Source: Chiloscyllium plagiosum
Taxonomy: Eukaryota
Assembly: GCF_004010195.1 (NCBI RefSeq)
Contig: NC_057718.1
Coordinates: 91,327,916 to 91,391,915, forward strand
Direction of reading: 5' to 3'
Length of the DNA stretch: 64,000 nt
Shown here: in pieces, positions 13,276-25,939 of the stretch
Position numbering within the stretch: the first letter of the stretch is position 1
Layout of the letters: the number at the start of each line of letters is the position of its first letter
The notes under the pieces: model-generated
Databases searched by the model: none
The model's input: only the letters and a program-made list of their open reading frames with translations
What the model was told of the DNA's origin: nothing
Program-made: the position numbers and the translations under genes

Positions 13276-13781
13276 TCAAGATTAGAGTAGTGCTGGAAAA
13301 GCACAGCAAGTCAGGCAGCATCCGAGGAGCAGGAAAATCGATTTTTCAGGCAAAACCCCTTGATTTTCTGCTCCTCGGATGCAGGCTGACCTACTGTGCC
13401 TTCTCAGCACCACTCTTTTATTAGATTCCCTACCGTATGGAAACAGGCCCTTCAGCCCAACCAGTCCACACTGCCCCTCCAAAGAGTAACACACCCAGAC
13501 CCATTTCCCTCTGACTAATGCACCTAACACTATGGGCAATTCAGCATGGCCAATTCACCTGACCTGCACATCTTTGTGACTGTGGGAGGAAACCGGAGCA
13601 CCTGGAGGAAACCCACGCAGACACGGGGAGAATGTGCAAACTCCACACAGACAGTCGCCTAAGGCTGGAATTGAACCTGGGACCCTGGTGCTATGAGGCA
13701 GCAGTGCTAACCACTGAGCCACCATGCCGCCCTTCTAATCTTGACTCTGATCTCCAGCATCTGCAGTCCTCACTTTTGCCA
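13276..13781. mobile_element. Mini fold-back Penelope-derived element (family 2) with a nested SINE
   Basis: TSD tggagtgaagacaa at 13262-13275 and 13782-13795; inverted arms. Confidence 0.85.
13417..13732 (-). mobile_element. HE1-like V-SINE
   Basis: Full-length reverse complement of the 6272 and 35969 copies. Confidence 0.92.
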
Positions 13782-16700
13782 TGGAGTGAAGACAACATGG
13801 GTATTGTTGTGGTGCGTAAAATTGTTGAGGGATAGGGGGGTTTGAAACAGCGTTCACCCTTTCTTATAGCCACCCTCTCTTGACTCACTTTCTGGAATCC
13901 AGTCGTCTTGTCTGACTAGTGTTGAAAGAGTCAGTATAGTTGAGAAATGGGGTATTGGAGTGAGTGGGGCAAGATTGAATCTCTCACTTTTAGTAATGTT
14001 CGACTCCACTCCCCACCATCCCTCAACAATGCTCAGCACAACAACAATGCCCATGCGGCTTCACTCCATGTAAATGTTCAATCCCTCTCACTCCAAAACC
14101 GTACACCCCACCAATCCAGGTTGCACTGTTTCCAAATTCTAATCATTCTCTGGCTAAAGGTGCTTTTCCTGAATTCTTTATTGTATTTATTCACATATTG
14201 ATGGCCCCTAGCTTTAGACTCTCCACAAGTAAAGCACCTTCTCTCCATCAAACCTATGGCTGCATCTTAAAACTAAAGGGAATTGTGTAATGTAATTGGA
14301 AAATGATTACAATATAATAAAAATAGAAAATAGGCGGTGTAAGAATGCTATCATTTGTTCAATTTACTTAATCAACTTCCACAGTCTCAAGGTACCTGAC
14401 AGATGCAAGAATTTTTAAGACATGCTTTATTTTCATGTAGTCAGTGTGATGTAATTATGTTTAATTAAGTTTTGTGATATCATTATTTCAGCTAGCTTTG
14501 TTTCCCAACACTACAGAAATTATTTGGAATTTTAGATGTGTTCCCACGTTTTTCAAATTTATTATATATTTTAATTATCTGTAAATTGCTGTGTTGTTTA
14601 GAGCGAATATACTGAAGAATACACATGAATACCCATTTAATTAGGTGATTAACTGTTAATTTATTATCAAGGAGATATTGTAGTTATATTCATTTGAAAA
14701 ATAAATGATCCTGCTTTATAAGCAAGAATGATTTTCAATGGTAACATAAATTTAAGTCTGGTAATAAGTGTAATTTCATTCTTGTAATTGGTTGTCATAC
14801 TAACTACTTACGTACAATCTCCCAGGTTCCTTTAGGATTAATGTAATACACCAACAGTTTTAGTTAGGAATGCATTTTCAACAAACCTGTTAATGTTTAT
14901 AGGATCTTTTATTTTAGGATGTTGGTGCATCAAGTTATGTTATTAAGCAATAATGGCTCATTGACTGTCACTTAAGACTGAGCAATTGCTGACTAATGTC
15001 TACCTGTTAATATATTTCTGTTCAATAATCCAGTTGATTAACAACAGTAATTTAACATTTGGCTTCCTAATCCTTGTACTGTCTTATATTATTAGCCATA
15101 TTGACTATAACAAACATGAGTAATGAGTAAATGCTTATGTTACATTGTTTTAGTGAATTGCGTGATACATAATTTTGTAATAACAAGAACATCTTAGTAG
15201 TTCCTTACTAAAACATTACTTACAGACAGAAATCATTATTTTCTTCCTGCCACTGCTTTCACACTGTTTAATTATTTTTGTTAGCTTTCTATTTTTTTTT
15301 CTTGTGTTTTTTTTAACCTTTCACAAACAGGTGCTTTTTTTTATGGTTGTGTCTGGCATAAGAGTGAGGGGGAGAGCTCAAGTTGAGCGCAGTTGAGTGG
15401 ATTGTAGTATACTGAATTGGAATATAGGAATACTTATTAGTCATGTACTGAATAATTGTGTACAGATCTGTGCACCACACTATAGGATGGAGAGAGAGAG
15501 TAGAAGAGATTTACAAGCGTTACCCCAGGGATGACAGGCTTCAGTTATAAAGACAGATTGAAGTACAGGTAAAGCATTGCTTCATCTGGAAGGTGCCTTT
15601 CTCAAAGCATCCCAGGATCCTACCGTTCTTTGAATATTCCCTTGCTTTTTTGGTCCTGCCTAAGTGCATCTCATAATTATCCAGACTGAATTCCATTTGC
15701 CACTGACCAGCTCATTGATATCCTCTTATAATCTAAGGCCATACTTCACCTTACTTACTGCTGCACCAAATTTCATCGCATTGCCATATAAAAATCTAAC
15801 CCTAAATATTCCAAAAACTAACTTGGATGTTATAAATTTTTGGGTGGCCAGTCTCACACAGAAAAAAAACTCTTATGGAGAAGGGATTTTGTGGGCAGAT
15901 TTGGGTTTAGCTATCACTCCATGTACACAATGTGGTAGTGTAGTCAATGTCAAATGGCTGTTGAGTCCCACCAACGTATCACTGCTTTGGTATCCAGCAA
16001 TTGGAGCTCCAGTCTGAAACAGGTGGGAGGTTTTTGAATATGTGAACATAAGGAACACTTTGACATAATTTAATGCCAATACTAGTTTTGTCTTCACTAA
16101 CCTGACAACCATCATTGCTTTTTCATTTGCCCTTTGCAGTGGTTTCTACAAATAAAGTGAAGTATAGTTTGAGTGACCTATGTGAACCAATCATCAGCTG
16201 CTGTTAGATAAAACTATGTAGAGTTTTGGGAGATACTTTTTTGTAGTCACTAATAGGGTTTATTTCACCTGCCAACCAGTGATCATGAAAAGCATTACAT
16301 AAATGCAAGTTTCTGTCCTTTGGTGGTTTGAAAGTACTTGTGGTTCCTTCTTTTTGTTACAACTTGTTAAGGAACTCTGACATTGCACTCATTTATTCAT
16401 GGAGATCTTTTTTAACATCCCCGGGAAGAGGAGATGCCAGGTAAGGAGTATGATACAAATAAGAGTTGCGACAAGTCATATTATTAATAGTAGGTGGTGT
16501 TTCATATAGTTTATAAGCAATGACAAAATACCTTCATTTCTCAAATGAAGCTCTGATTCTCTTGAGGAATTGTGACAGAGTTGGGTCAGATTGTGTAAGA
16601 AGATCAGTAACTAACTGGCAGACCTAGATATAGAAATAGATCTGGCAGAGCCTGTTGCATCATCGGTCACTACTGTCTGAACTCTATTGTCTCTCAGCCC

Positions 16701-17284
16701 TTCCAAGCTGCTACAGGGGGCATCAATAATATTAGTCAGTCTGCAGTTTATGCTTGTGTTAATCAGTTGGCTGATTCCTATGTTTGCTCAAGCAAATACA
16801 TTCATAGTTTTCTCTGTGGATATTAAGAAGTAGTAGGATAGAACCCAAGCGTTTATGCACATTGAAAGATTCTTCCCAGTTCAAGATGTCAGTGACTGCA
16901 CACTTATTACCTAAGGGCTTCTTCAAATATTGCCACTGCTTTAATGAATTATAAGGGCTGTGCTTTATTAATATGTAACTTGTGCATAATGACTCACAAT
17001 ACATCATGCAAGTCTGTACCCGCTTTCCTGCAAAATACCAAGATGTTTTCATAGTACACCAATTAACCACACCCCCCCCCTTTTTTTTTGCCCTGCACAG
17101 CAGGTAAGAGGCTGTCAGCCTTGAAATAAAGTGTTTCTTTTGCACGCTAGGCTCTTAACTCATGAAAGGAACTCATACTCATTTGTGAATCTCTGCTCTG
17201 TACCATAATGTCAGAAATTGCACAGCATCAGGTTACATAAATACCATAAAGAGTCATATAACCATATGATTGTGGTCATATTAG

Positions 17285-17590
17285 CATCAACTTACACATG
17301 TATAAAGTACCTTTATATTAGTAAAATGTTCCAAGACATTTCACAGAAGTATAGTTACACAAAAACCACCAATCCAATGACAGAGATATTCAGATAGGTG
17401 ATCAAATGCTTGGCAAAATGGTAGGTTTTAGGGAGCATCTTAAAGAAAGAAGGTTGGAGGCAGAGAGATTTAGGAAATGAATTCTAACACTTGAGACTGA
17501 AACAGCTTAAGGCATGGTCTAAAATTATTGGGGAAAGGACATTGGGGTTGCCCTTGATTGGAGGAGCTCAGAATTCTTGGAGGGTTGTGG
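17285..17590 (-). mobile_element. Decayed L2-like LINE 3' end
   Basis: gtaggttttagggagcatcttaaag...gaattctaacacttgagactgaaacagcttaaggcatgg resembles the reverse complement of L2 3' ends. Confidence 0.55.
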
Positions 17591-18399
17591 TTTATATTGC
17601 ATAAGTTTGTTTTGCAATGGGACAAATCATGCAACCACTATCGGAGTAGTTCCTTCAGTAGGATGAGGGAGAAAACACTAAGGAGAGGCAGAATAATGAG
17701 AAGATAGGAAGGAGATGAACAAAAATTGTGGCTCTATCCAGTGATTGTTGGCAATAATTTCATATAGAATGTTTCAGTTAAACATTCCCTGCCCTTTGTA
17801 TAATCATATCCAAAGTATATCACTGCCACTCTAATGTCAAACCAATAACAAAGACTAATGTTGATATTTAGTCAATATTGCAACATTGCAATTAATATTG
17901 TAGCTCTATTGTCTTACATAGCAAAGGCACACAATATTCATAATCTTAAACATGCACCATATCCGGTTTATGATTTTCTGGAATTGCCTCTTTCGAAAAT
18001 GAATATTTAAGGAGTGCTAAGATGGTTGCAGAAGATCAGGTGACTTTTACAATTCCTACATAGACTCAGAGCATTGCAAGCCTTCTAACTCTGCTGTGGT
18101 TGCATCCATTAATCGTGGTTCCAAAGAACCTGTGGGAAATAAAAGAAACAGAACAAGCCTTGAGTAATGTGAGCAGTTAGCATTCGCACAACACACAAAT
18201 GACAGTTTGGCATAGTGTTCAATGCAGACTCGAACAAGGAGGGCCACGGAATGTCTGTCCACGAACCTTTGATATGGTGGAACTTATTCTCATGTTTGCA
18301 TCACAAATCATGCCATGTAAATACAGGAGGAAATTGTAAATGCTATATGATTACTGATACTTTACCCACCCCCACCTCGACAAAGTCCAAGAGTGGCTG

Positions 18400-19164
18400 T
18401 ATAGTGCTTGTAACAAGGTCAACCAGGTGGACCTCATAGAATATGAGAGAATCCTGACTGACAGATAAAAACAGGAATGTCAGACATCCTAACTGTCTGA
18501 GAGCTGGTTCTGAAGGAGCTGAATCAGTGTCAACAACTTTCCACATGTAAAAAGAGGGTGACTTAGTGACAAGATACAGACCTCTATGGAGTTATTTCAG
18601 TGGTGACAAGAGTAAAGCATGCTCCTGAAGACATTCATTCTCATTAGTCGTCTTTGAATTGGGTAAGCATTACTGGCAACATGCCATTATTTGGGAAGAT
18701 TGAATCATTCAATCCTGCCATCAAAGACTGAGCCCAGTATGTGGAAAGAATGCATTATTCTTTCCAGGCAAATGACATTGGGGCAAATAAAAACTAATGA
18801 GTAATTCTCCTGACAGCGTGTGAACCCGCAACTTTTTCGGTTATTAAGAGTCTACCTTTCCCTGAGACACCAGACACTAAAGCTTTACAAGAAAATGAAC
18901 CAGCCTATGTCCTAGGACTCAGAGGAGGAGTGATGTAGTGATTATAATGAGGTCAGCCAGGTGGACCTCATAGAATATGAGTTCCTTGATTGGAGTTGTT
19001 ATCTGATCTAATCAAGGATCCTTGGCTAACAGATAAAAACGGGAGTATCAGACATCCTGACATTCTGAGAACTGGCTCTGACAGTTGGATCAGTGTCAGG
19101 AATTTCCACGTGTAAATAAAGGGTGCCTTGGTGGCGGGATACCAGCACCTGTGTTGTTACTTCA
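18400..19164 (+). mobile_element. Internally deleted Gypsy LTR retrotransposon (two LTRs, PBS, gag stub, PPT)
   Basis: LTRs at 18400-18599 and 18934-19164; PBS-like gtggtgacaag; MPLFGKIESFNPAIKD*AQYVERM gag start; PPT agaggaggag; TSD ggctg/ggcag. Confidence 0.8.
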
Positions 19165-19424
19165 GGCAGTATGCACAAAAGAACATATCAGTAATTACCT
19201 AGAGTTGAAGGTAGGAGGAAATTTGTTCCATGACCTTTTGCAGCCAATGATGTTTGTGAATTTTGGTCAGCAACTAAGACTTTTAAGGTAGCTAGTAATT
19301 AGTCTTGCTGTATGAGACATAGCGACTTGTTTGAAGCACTTGCAGTACTTGTACAATGCTGGCATATGCTGCAAATGTAACATTGACATAGCATAGTACT
19401 GTACAGCAACATGTCCACCTCTCT

Positions 19425-19555
19425 AAACAAAGAACTGTGGATGTGAAAAATCTGTAAGAAAAAGAAAAGTGGTGGAAAAACTCAGAATGTCTGACAGCAT
19501 CTGTAGAGAGAAAAAAAAGTTAATGTTTTGCGACCAGTGACCCTTTGTCAGAGGC
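19425..19555 (-). mobile_element. Decayed Penelope 3' repeat
   Basis: aaaaactcagaatgtctgacagcatctgtagagag...gttaatgtttt is the reverse complement of the 31020-31110-type tail. Confidence 0.6.
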
Positions 19556-20015
19556 AGCAAAGTGTAAAAAGCCAAGGCAAGGCAGAGATGCTGTGGGCAA
19601 CCTCGGAAAGTGAGTGAGTGTTCCAAATCATGAGATAGGTGCTTTTCTCCAAGCATAAATTGTCCCAGTAGGCAGCATTACAATGAAAATTGCTGGTGCC
19701 TTGAAATGGACAACTGCATTGTAAGTGGATCAGAGATAGGCCATGATGGTGCAGTGAAACTCGTACAAGTTTGAAGCCAACATCTGTGGAATGGTGGCAG
19801 TTGCTTTCTGAGGATTGCAACCTGAGATGTTGGGGGCTGGTGTATACTGGAGTCCAGAGGAGAAAGCGGTGAGCGAGAGTTTCCAGGAACCTGCTCTGAC
19901 TTTCATATTAGGAATTGTCACCACTTAGTTTCTATCTGACAAATGGGAGAATAGGAGGTGAACTTTAGTACTAATGGCGTGTGAATACTTGAAGATTGGC
20001 CTGTAGCTGCAGTTG

Positions 20016-20196
20016 GTAAAAACAATGACTGCAGATGCTGGAAATCAGATTCTGGATTAGTGGTGCTGGAAGAGCACAGCAGCGAAATCGACGTTTCGGG
20101 CAAAACCCTTCATCTTTATTCCTGATAAAGGGCTTTTGCCCAAAACGTCAATTTCACTGCTCCTTGGATGCTGCCTGAACTGCTGTGCTCTTCCAG
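20016..20196. mobile_element. Mini fold-back Penelope-derived element (family 2)
   Basis: TSD ctgtagctgcagttg at 20001-20015 and 20197-20211; two opposed, mutated hammerhead motifs at the centre. Confidence 0.85.
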
Positions 20197-22969
20197 CTGT
20201 AGCTGCAGTTGTAGAATCAGAATTTTCTTCATGACATCGAGAATCTCATTTTTCAGAATTTGCCATATTTTCCCAATGACTCGCAATAATCCATATACTT
20301 CTGGGATTGGGAAGATTCCATCCACTGCCTGTCAGTTCAAAACCTAACATAGAGAGCTGTAAAGAAACTGGTTAAATCATAAGTAGATGCATAGGCCACT
20401 ATCCATCTTCCATTGTGTAGCAATGATTTCAAACCACATATTGCTTTGGTGAATAATAGAAGTATTGATCACTCGGGCACCTGATTAAACCTATTTTCAG
20501 ATCACCAATCATACTTATCGAAGTATCAGGGGGGACTAGTCAATCAGCAAGCAATACATTCAGAAACTGCAGTAGCAGCAACATTTGGGACAGAAAATTA
20601 GAACCAGCAACACCAACGCTGTTCCTTTTCAAGTCCACTTGTACAGAAAATTGATCTCCTAGTTTTAAGACTACAAGAAACTAACTTCCTGATCTGTTGA
20701 AAAATCCACTACTTCAAGATAAACCTGCAATGATTTTGACATACAATTTTGATTGTTGAATTCACCCAATTATATTAGAAGTGTGGAAAAAAAGTTCTCA
20801 TTTACTAGACCTGCACCAACTTGAGCCAATCATGTGACTTACAAATGATTCCTTTGTTTCTAACTTGTTGAAGTGCACCATCCTCTTTAACTATGTTTCC
20901 CTGGAGCATGCATTTGTGTGGGTGGTGATTGAGTGATATAGTGTCATATATTTGGAGTGAACATGTGAATAATTAATCCTTTTTATTTAAACCCATTTAT
21001 CAGTCCCAGCAGCGCCAGCGTTGCACAGTACATGTGGCCAGGTCCGCAACCAGTCCCAAGAAAAGTGCTTGATGGAAACATGAACTCATATGGGAAGGCT
21101 AATATTGAGGTTAACGAAGCTTTTAACAAGCTAACTCAAATGACTATTGACTATTTATTTACGTACTGTGGACGGACTGCCACTTTCAGCACTCTGCCAC
21201 CCTTCCTATTATAGATATGAGCTCAGAGCTGGCTGGGAAGAAAGGCTGGGCACCCACTCATCATTGAAATCCCCATCAGCAAGGCATATAATATGCAGCC
21301 TTGAAATTCTGACCCAGATCAAAAACTTTGGGCTATTGATTAATGGCCCGTAAGGAACAGGAACAAGGGTTTCAGTTCTCTTTCACTTCTATCCATATCA
21401 TCATACACTAAGATTTCAGAAAGCCTTTTATGATTTTGCAAATAACTTTAGGAGCTGGGACATGAGAGCCCAGCTGCAGATTGGTGCAGCTCAACATCTA
21501 CCAGAGCATTCTAGCCCAGCCCAATTTCTTTAACATCAAAGTGAGAATTAGCATAGGGCTTCAAGTATGTTGTTGTCGTTATGAAAGTTGGCATCACATT
21601 CCATTCCAATGCAGAACTGCCATTACTACCATACCCTTCTACTGATCAATAGGAGAGAAGGCACCAGGACATAATGTCCAATTGAAATCCTTATCCATTT
21701 GGTTTCACAACCCAAGTAAGGCAGATAAGGTTGTTGAGCCCTGAGGAGGTACACAGCTGCAATTTTCACATTCTACATGGTTGATTGCAGAGTGTCAATG
21801 CTTTGTGATTGTGCAGTCTTTCATACTGTGCATCATATTCTAGTTCTCCATAGCTGGAAGCCCAATAATGTCAGCAAATGCTGGTGCACAGAAATAATCT
21901 AGGACAAGTCTTTAAAGTTCTGCATCTATACCTGCTTCAGCAGAGCTAGGATGTGAGCTAGCATTCCAGTGAGCTTTCCTGGGTCACCCTTGCCACCTGG
22001 ACCTGGTCCTTTCTCATTTGAGCTCAATAAATTTCTTAGTGCACACCCTACTAATCACTAAATAAGAGATGGTGCTGAATTCTGTACTAGTGCAGCACTA
22101 ATGCAGAATAAAAACAAGTGGTGATGCATCTTCTGGAGGGGTATCTGACTAGAGTGACTGAGTCAATTGAGTGACCTAGAATGTGTAGAGAAGAGCAAGG
22201 GTTAAGATCTAGTTGCAAGAGTAAGCGTTAAAATCAATGGCAGAAGCAATGCACCATCAGGTTGTTACACTCAGTGTGTGACAGTGTGAGTGTGTAATTG
22301 GGAGAGTTAATTAGAAAGAGAAAAAGAAGGAAAGATGCCCATATATACCCTGCTGTGCATGGCCTCCAGCCTTGACATCCTCAATGCTGTCTTTACCAAT
22401 GATGTTGATGGCACCTTTTTCCCATCGGTGTCAGTATGTGAAGAGTGGCAGAACGTCTTCCTGCACTGGTTGTTTCTCTGCTGTTCCCTGCCAACTTTGC
22501 CTGGACAGAAAATGAAACTGGATTGATATGTTTCCGAGGCAAGGATTTTCAGTATTTACAATACTTACGATAATGTACATGATGATAGAAACAAATGAGA
22601 AAGATATAGTAACAAGGGTATAACAGCTTTTGAGAGTGAATGCAAGGTAATACGTGCAGTAATGTCTTACTTGATGACTTATGTAGAACCATGAGAAGTG
22701 ATGAAGGGAAAAACTGATCATTTTGTGACAAAGGTAGGGTTATTTGCAGGCTGTGAGATGTTGAGGGGAATTTTAGCTTGACATAATTGAATGTTTTATG
22801 GCACTGTAGCTAAGTCTTGTCCATCAACTATCCATGGGAGAAGCTCCTATCCTGATTTTAATTAGCTCCAACAGTTATGATGCTGCATTGGAAAGCCTTA
22901 TGGTACTATTAGAATACATGTTTGCTGACTGCTGCACAATGCCGTTTCCCTTGACATGAAAAATTGCAG

Positions 22970-23171
22970 GCAAAAGTGAGGACTGCAGATGCTGGAGATC
23001 AGAGTCTAGAATAGAGTGGTGCTGGAAAAGCACAGCAGGTCAAGCAGCATCCGAGGAGCAGGAAAATCAATGTTTCAGGCAAAAGCCCTTCATCAGGAAA
23101 CATCAAGAAATGTTTTTCCTGCTCCTCGGATGCTGCCTGACCTGCTGTGCTTTTCCAGCACCACTCTAATT
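22970..23171. mobile_element. Mini fold-back Penelope-derived element (family 2)
   Basis: TSD aaaaattgcag at 22959-22969 and 23172-23182; minus-strand CTGATGA core at 23090-23096. Confidence 0.85.
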
Positions 23172-24082
23172 AAAAATTGCAGTTCCATTTCAAGGTGTTG
23201 AGTAAACCAATAAGAAGTAGCTATACCATGACATTTACTAACTACCAATCAATGAGCTCTCTAAGGGGAGAATCTCCAAAAGAAATAGAAATTGATTCTC
23301 CACTAAATTCTCTGGAATGATCAACGCTTGCTGATTGTCCATTAGCTGTGTGTTTGTCACTCACTGCCTTTACTGCTCCTCAATTAAATATTGTCATACT
23401 GGTCTGCCAAAAATCTCTTAATTTCTTAAATGCTCTGTGTCTCTTTCCTGTCTTCCCCTTCAAGTCCTTGTTTCCTTCACTCTTCTCTTTGACTTTGTAC
23501 AAATGCTCATTCTCTCTTGCTAGTCCTCTGAAGCAGTTCTGAAGAAGGGTCCCTGGACCCAGAGGCTCCACCAATATCTTTTTGCCCAAACACTTATTGC
23601 CTCTGAGAAAAAGTGTTGGTGAGTTACTTTCATTGACCTGCTGCAGGCCATTTCTTGTAAAAATACACACAGGAAAATATTCCAAGGTGTTGACCAAGCA
23701 ATATTGAGTGAACAGCAAAATAGTATGGAGGAGTGCTTGCATGAATTGAGACCCCATGCTGCTTTTGTGCTTCTGAGAGTCAGGTTAAGTTGCTGCAGCG
23801 CATAGTGTAATCATACACACTGCTGCCACTGTGCATCAATATTCGTAGGAGTGAATTCTCAAGGTGGTGAATCGACTGCCATTTAAACTGGGTAGCTGGC
23901 ATCTTAAGCGTGGTTGGGGCTGCACTGACCCAGGCAAATTAACAGTATTCTATTACAGCTCTGATTTGTACTTTGTAGATGTTGGGAAGGCATTTCGGGA
24001 GTTAGGAGGTGAGTTAGTCACTGCAGAATTGCCAGCCTCTGACTTGCTTTTAAAGCCACTACATTTATTTGGCTAGTCCTAA

Positions 24083-25220
24083 AGTCATAGAGATGTACAG
24101 CATGATAACAGGCCCTTCGGTCCAACTTGTCCATGCCAACCAGATATCCTAAATAAATCTAGTCCCATTTGCTAGCATTTGGCTCATATCTCTCTAAACC
24201 CTTCCTATTCATATGCTCATCCTGATGCCTTTTAAATGTTGTAATTATTCCAGCTTCCACCACTTCCTCTGGCAGATCAGTGCATACACACATTACCCTC
24301 TGCATAAAATGTTGCCCCTTATGTCCCTTTTAAATCTTTCCCCTCTCACCTTAAACCTATTCCCTCTAGTTCTGGACTCGCCAAAACCAAGGAAAAGACC
24401 TTGTCTATTTACCCTATCCATACCCCTCATGATTTTATGCATGTTTATAAGGTCACTCCTCAACCTCCGACGCTCAGGGAAAATAGCCTTAGCCTATCAG
24501 CCTCTTCCAAAGCTCAAACTCTGCAACCCTGGCAACGTCCTTGTAAATCTTTTCTGCACCCTGTCAACTTTCACAACATCCTTCCTATAGCAGGAAGACA
24601 AGAATTGTACGCAGTATTCCAATAGTGGCCTAACCATGACTTCACAACTCCTGTACTCAGTGCACTGACCAATAAAGTTGAGAATGCCAAATGCCTTCTT
24701 CACTATCCTATCTACCTGCAACTCCACTTCCAAGGAAACTATGAACCTTTTTCATTCAGCAACACTCCCCAGGACCTGACCATTAAATATATAGGGTCCT
24801 ACCCTGATTTGCTGTACCAAAATGTAATGCCTCACATTTATCTAAATTAAAGTCCATCTGCCACTCCTCAGCCTGTTAGCCTGTTTGATCATAATCCCAT
24901 TTTATTCTGAGGTAACCTTGTTTGTTGTCCACTCCATCTCTAATTTTGGTGTCATCTGCAAACTTACTAACCATTCTCCTATGTTCACATCCAAATCATT
25001 TGTATAAATGATGAAAAGCAATGGAACCAGCACCAGTCATTGTGGCACACCGCTGGTCAGGCCTTCAATCTGAAAAGCAATCCTCTACCACCTCCCTCTG
25101 TCTTCTACCTTTGAGCCAGTTCTATATCCAAATGGCTATTCTCCCTCTATTGCATGTGATCTAACCTTGCTGACCAGTCTACTATGAGGAACCTTGTCAA
25201 ACGCCTTACTAAAGTCCATA
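24083..25220 (-). mobile_element. CR1/HER1-like LINE 3' 1.1 kb, inserted in an older LINE remnant (about 23740-25300)
   Basis: RPLLEYCVQF...RKDVVKVDRVQKRFTR peptide; gtcatagag tail. Confidence 0.9.
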
Positions 25221-25319
25221 GGTGCAAATTCTACTTGTCACTTATCAGAAGGAGTGCAGGGATTAGATATGATCCATCATTTGTGGGATAGCTTAGCTAT
25301 GTTTTTCGGATTCTGAAGC

Positions 25320-25590
25320 AGGTCATTGTATATTGGTAATGTCACTGGGCTATAGGCCCAGGTTAATGCTTTGGGGAGATGAATTCACTCCCATTGTGGC
25401 AGCTGGTGGAATGTCATTCAATTAGTAAAATCTGGAATCAAAAACTAATCTCAGCAATGGTGACCATGAAACCATTGTTGATTTCTACAAAAATATCGAG
25501 TTTAATATAGCCCCTTTAGGGAAGGAAATCTGATGTCTTTTTCTGGTCTGTCCTATCTGTGACTCCGTAGCCACAGCAATATGGAATACT
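25320..25590 (+). mobile_element. Decayed tRNA-derived SINE (second family)
   Basis: A-box-like head and core cctttagggaaggaaatctg...ctggtctgtcctatctgtgactcc...ccacagcaatatgg; family not named with confidence. Confidence 0.6.
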
Positions 25591-25939
25591 GTCAAATGCC
25601 CTATTTCACTGTATTTCCTAATTTGTCTGCCTTGTTTTTGAATGACTTATCCTGTATTTCTGTATTCCAATTTTACCTTTTTTCTGCTTCTCTCTCAGAT
25701 TGTCCCCCTCCACTTCTTTATTCCTATCCTTGCTTTTTTCCCCCGTTATTCTTAACTTCTTGTATTCAGGGTACACAAACCATGCAACACTCCTGTATTG
25801 TGTTTCTCAGTCCAATTTGTTTGATTGCACTGCATGTATTTCATAGCACCTCTAAATAGGAAGGTAATTACATTATGGCTTAATCTTGATTTCCTAAAGT
25901 ACTTTAATGCATTCATTAGATTGATTGCTTTTTCTCCAG

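Noticed and set aside
15310..15336. AG|GT at 15330 as a second recursive splice site
   Set aside because: The regenerated donor gtgctt is weak and it abuts an old CR1 remnant.
16759..17145. 128-aa minus-strand ORF (nested gene?)
   Set aside because: Non-ATG start, crosses a homopolymer, no recognisable motif.
20118..20153. Active hammerhead in this copy (also 23535, 31010, 52292)
   Set aside because: Core or stem III mutated (for example CUGAUAA, AAAA instead of GAAA); counted only as decayed relics.
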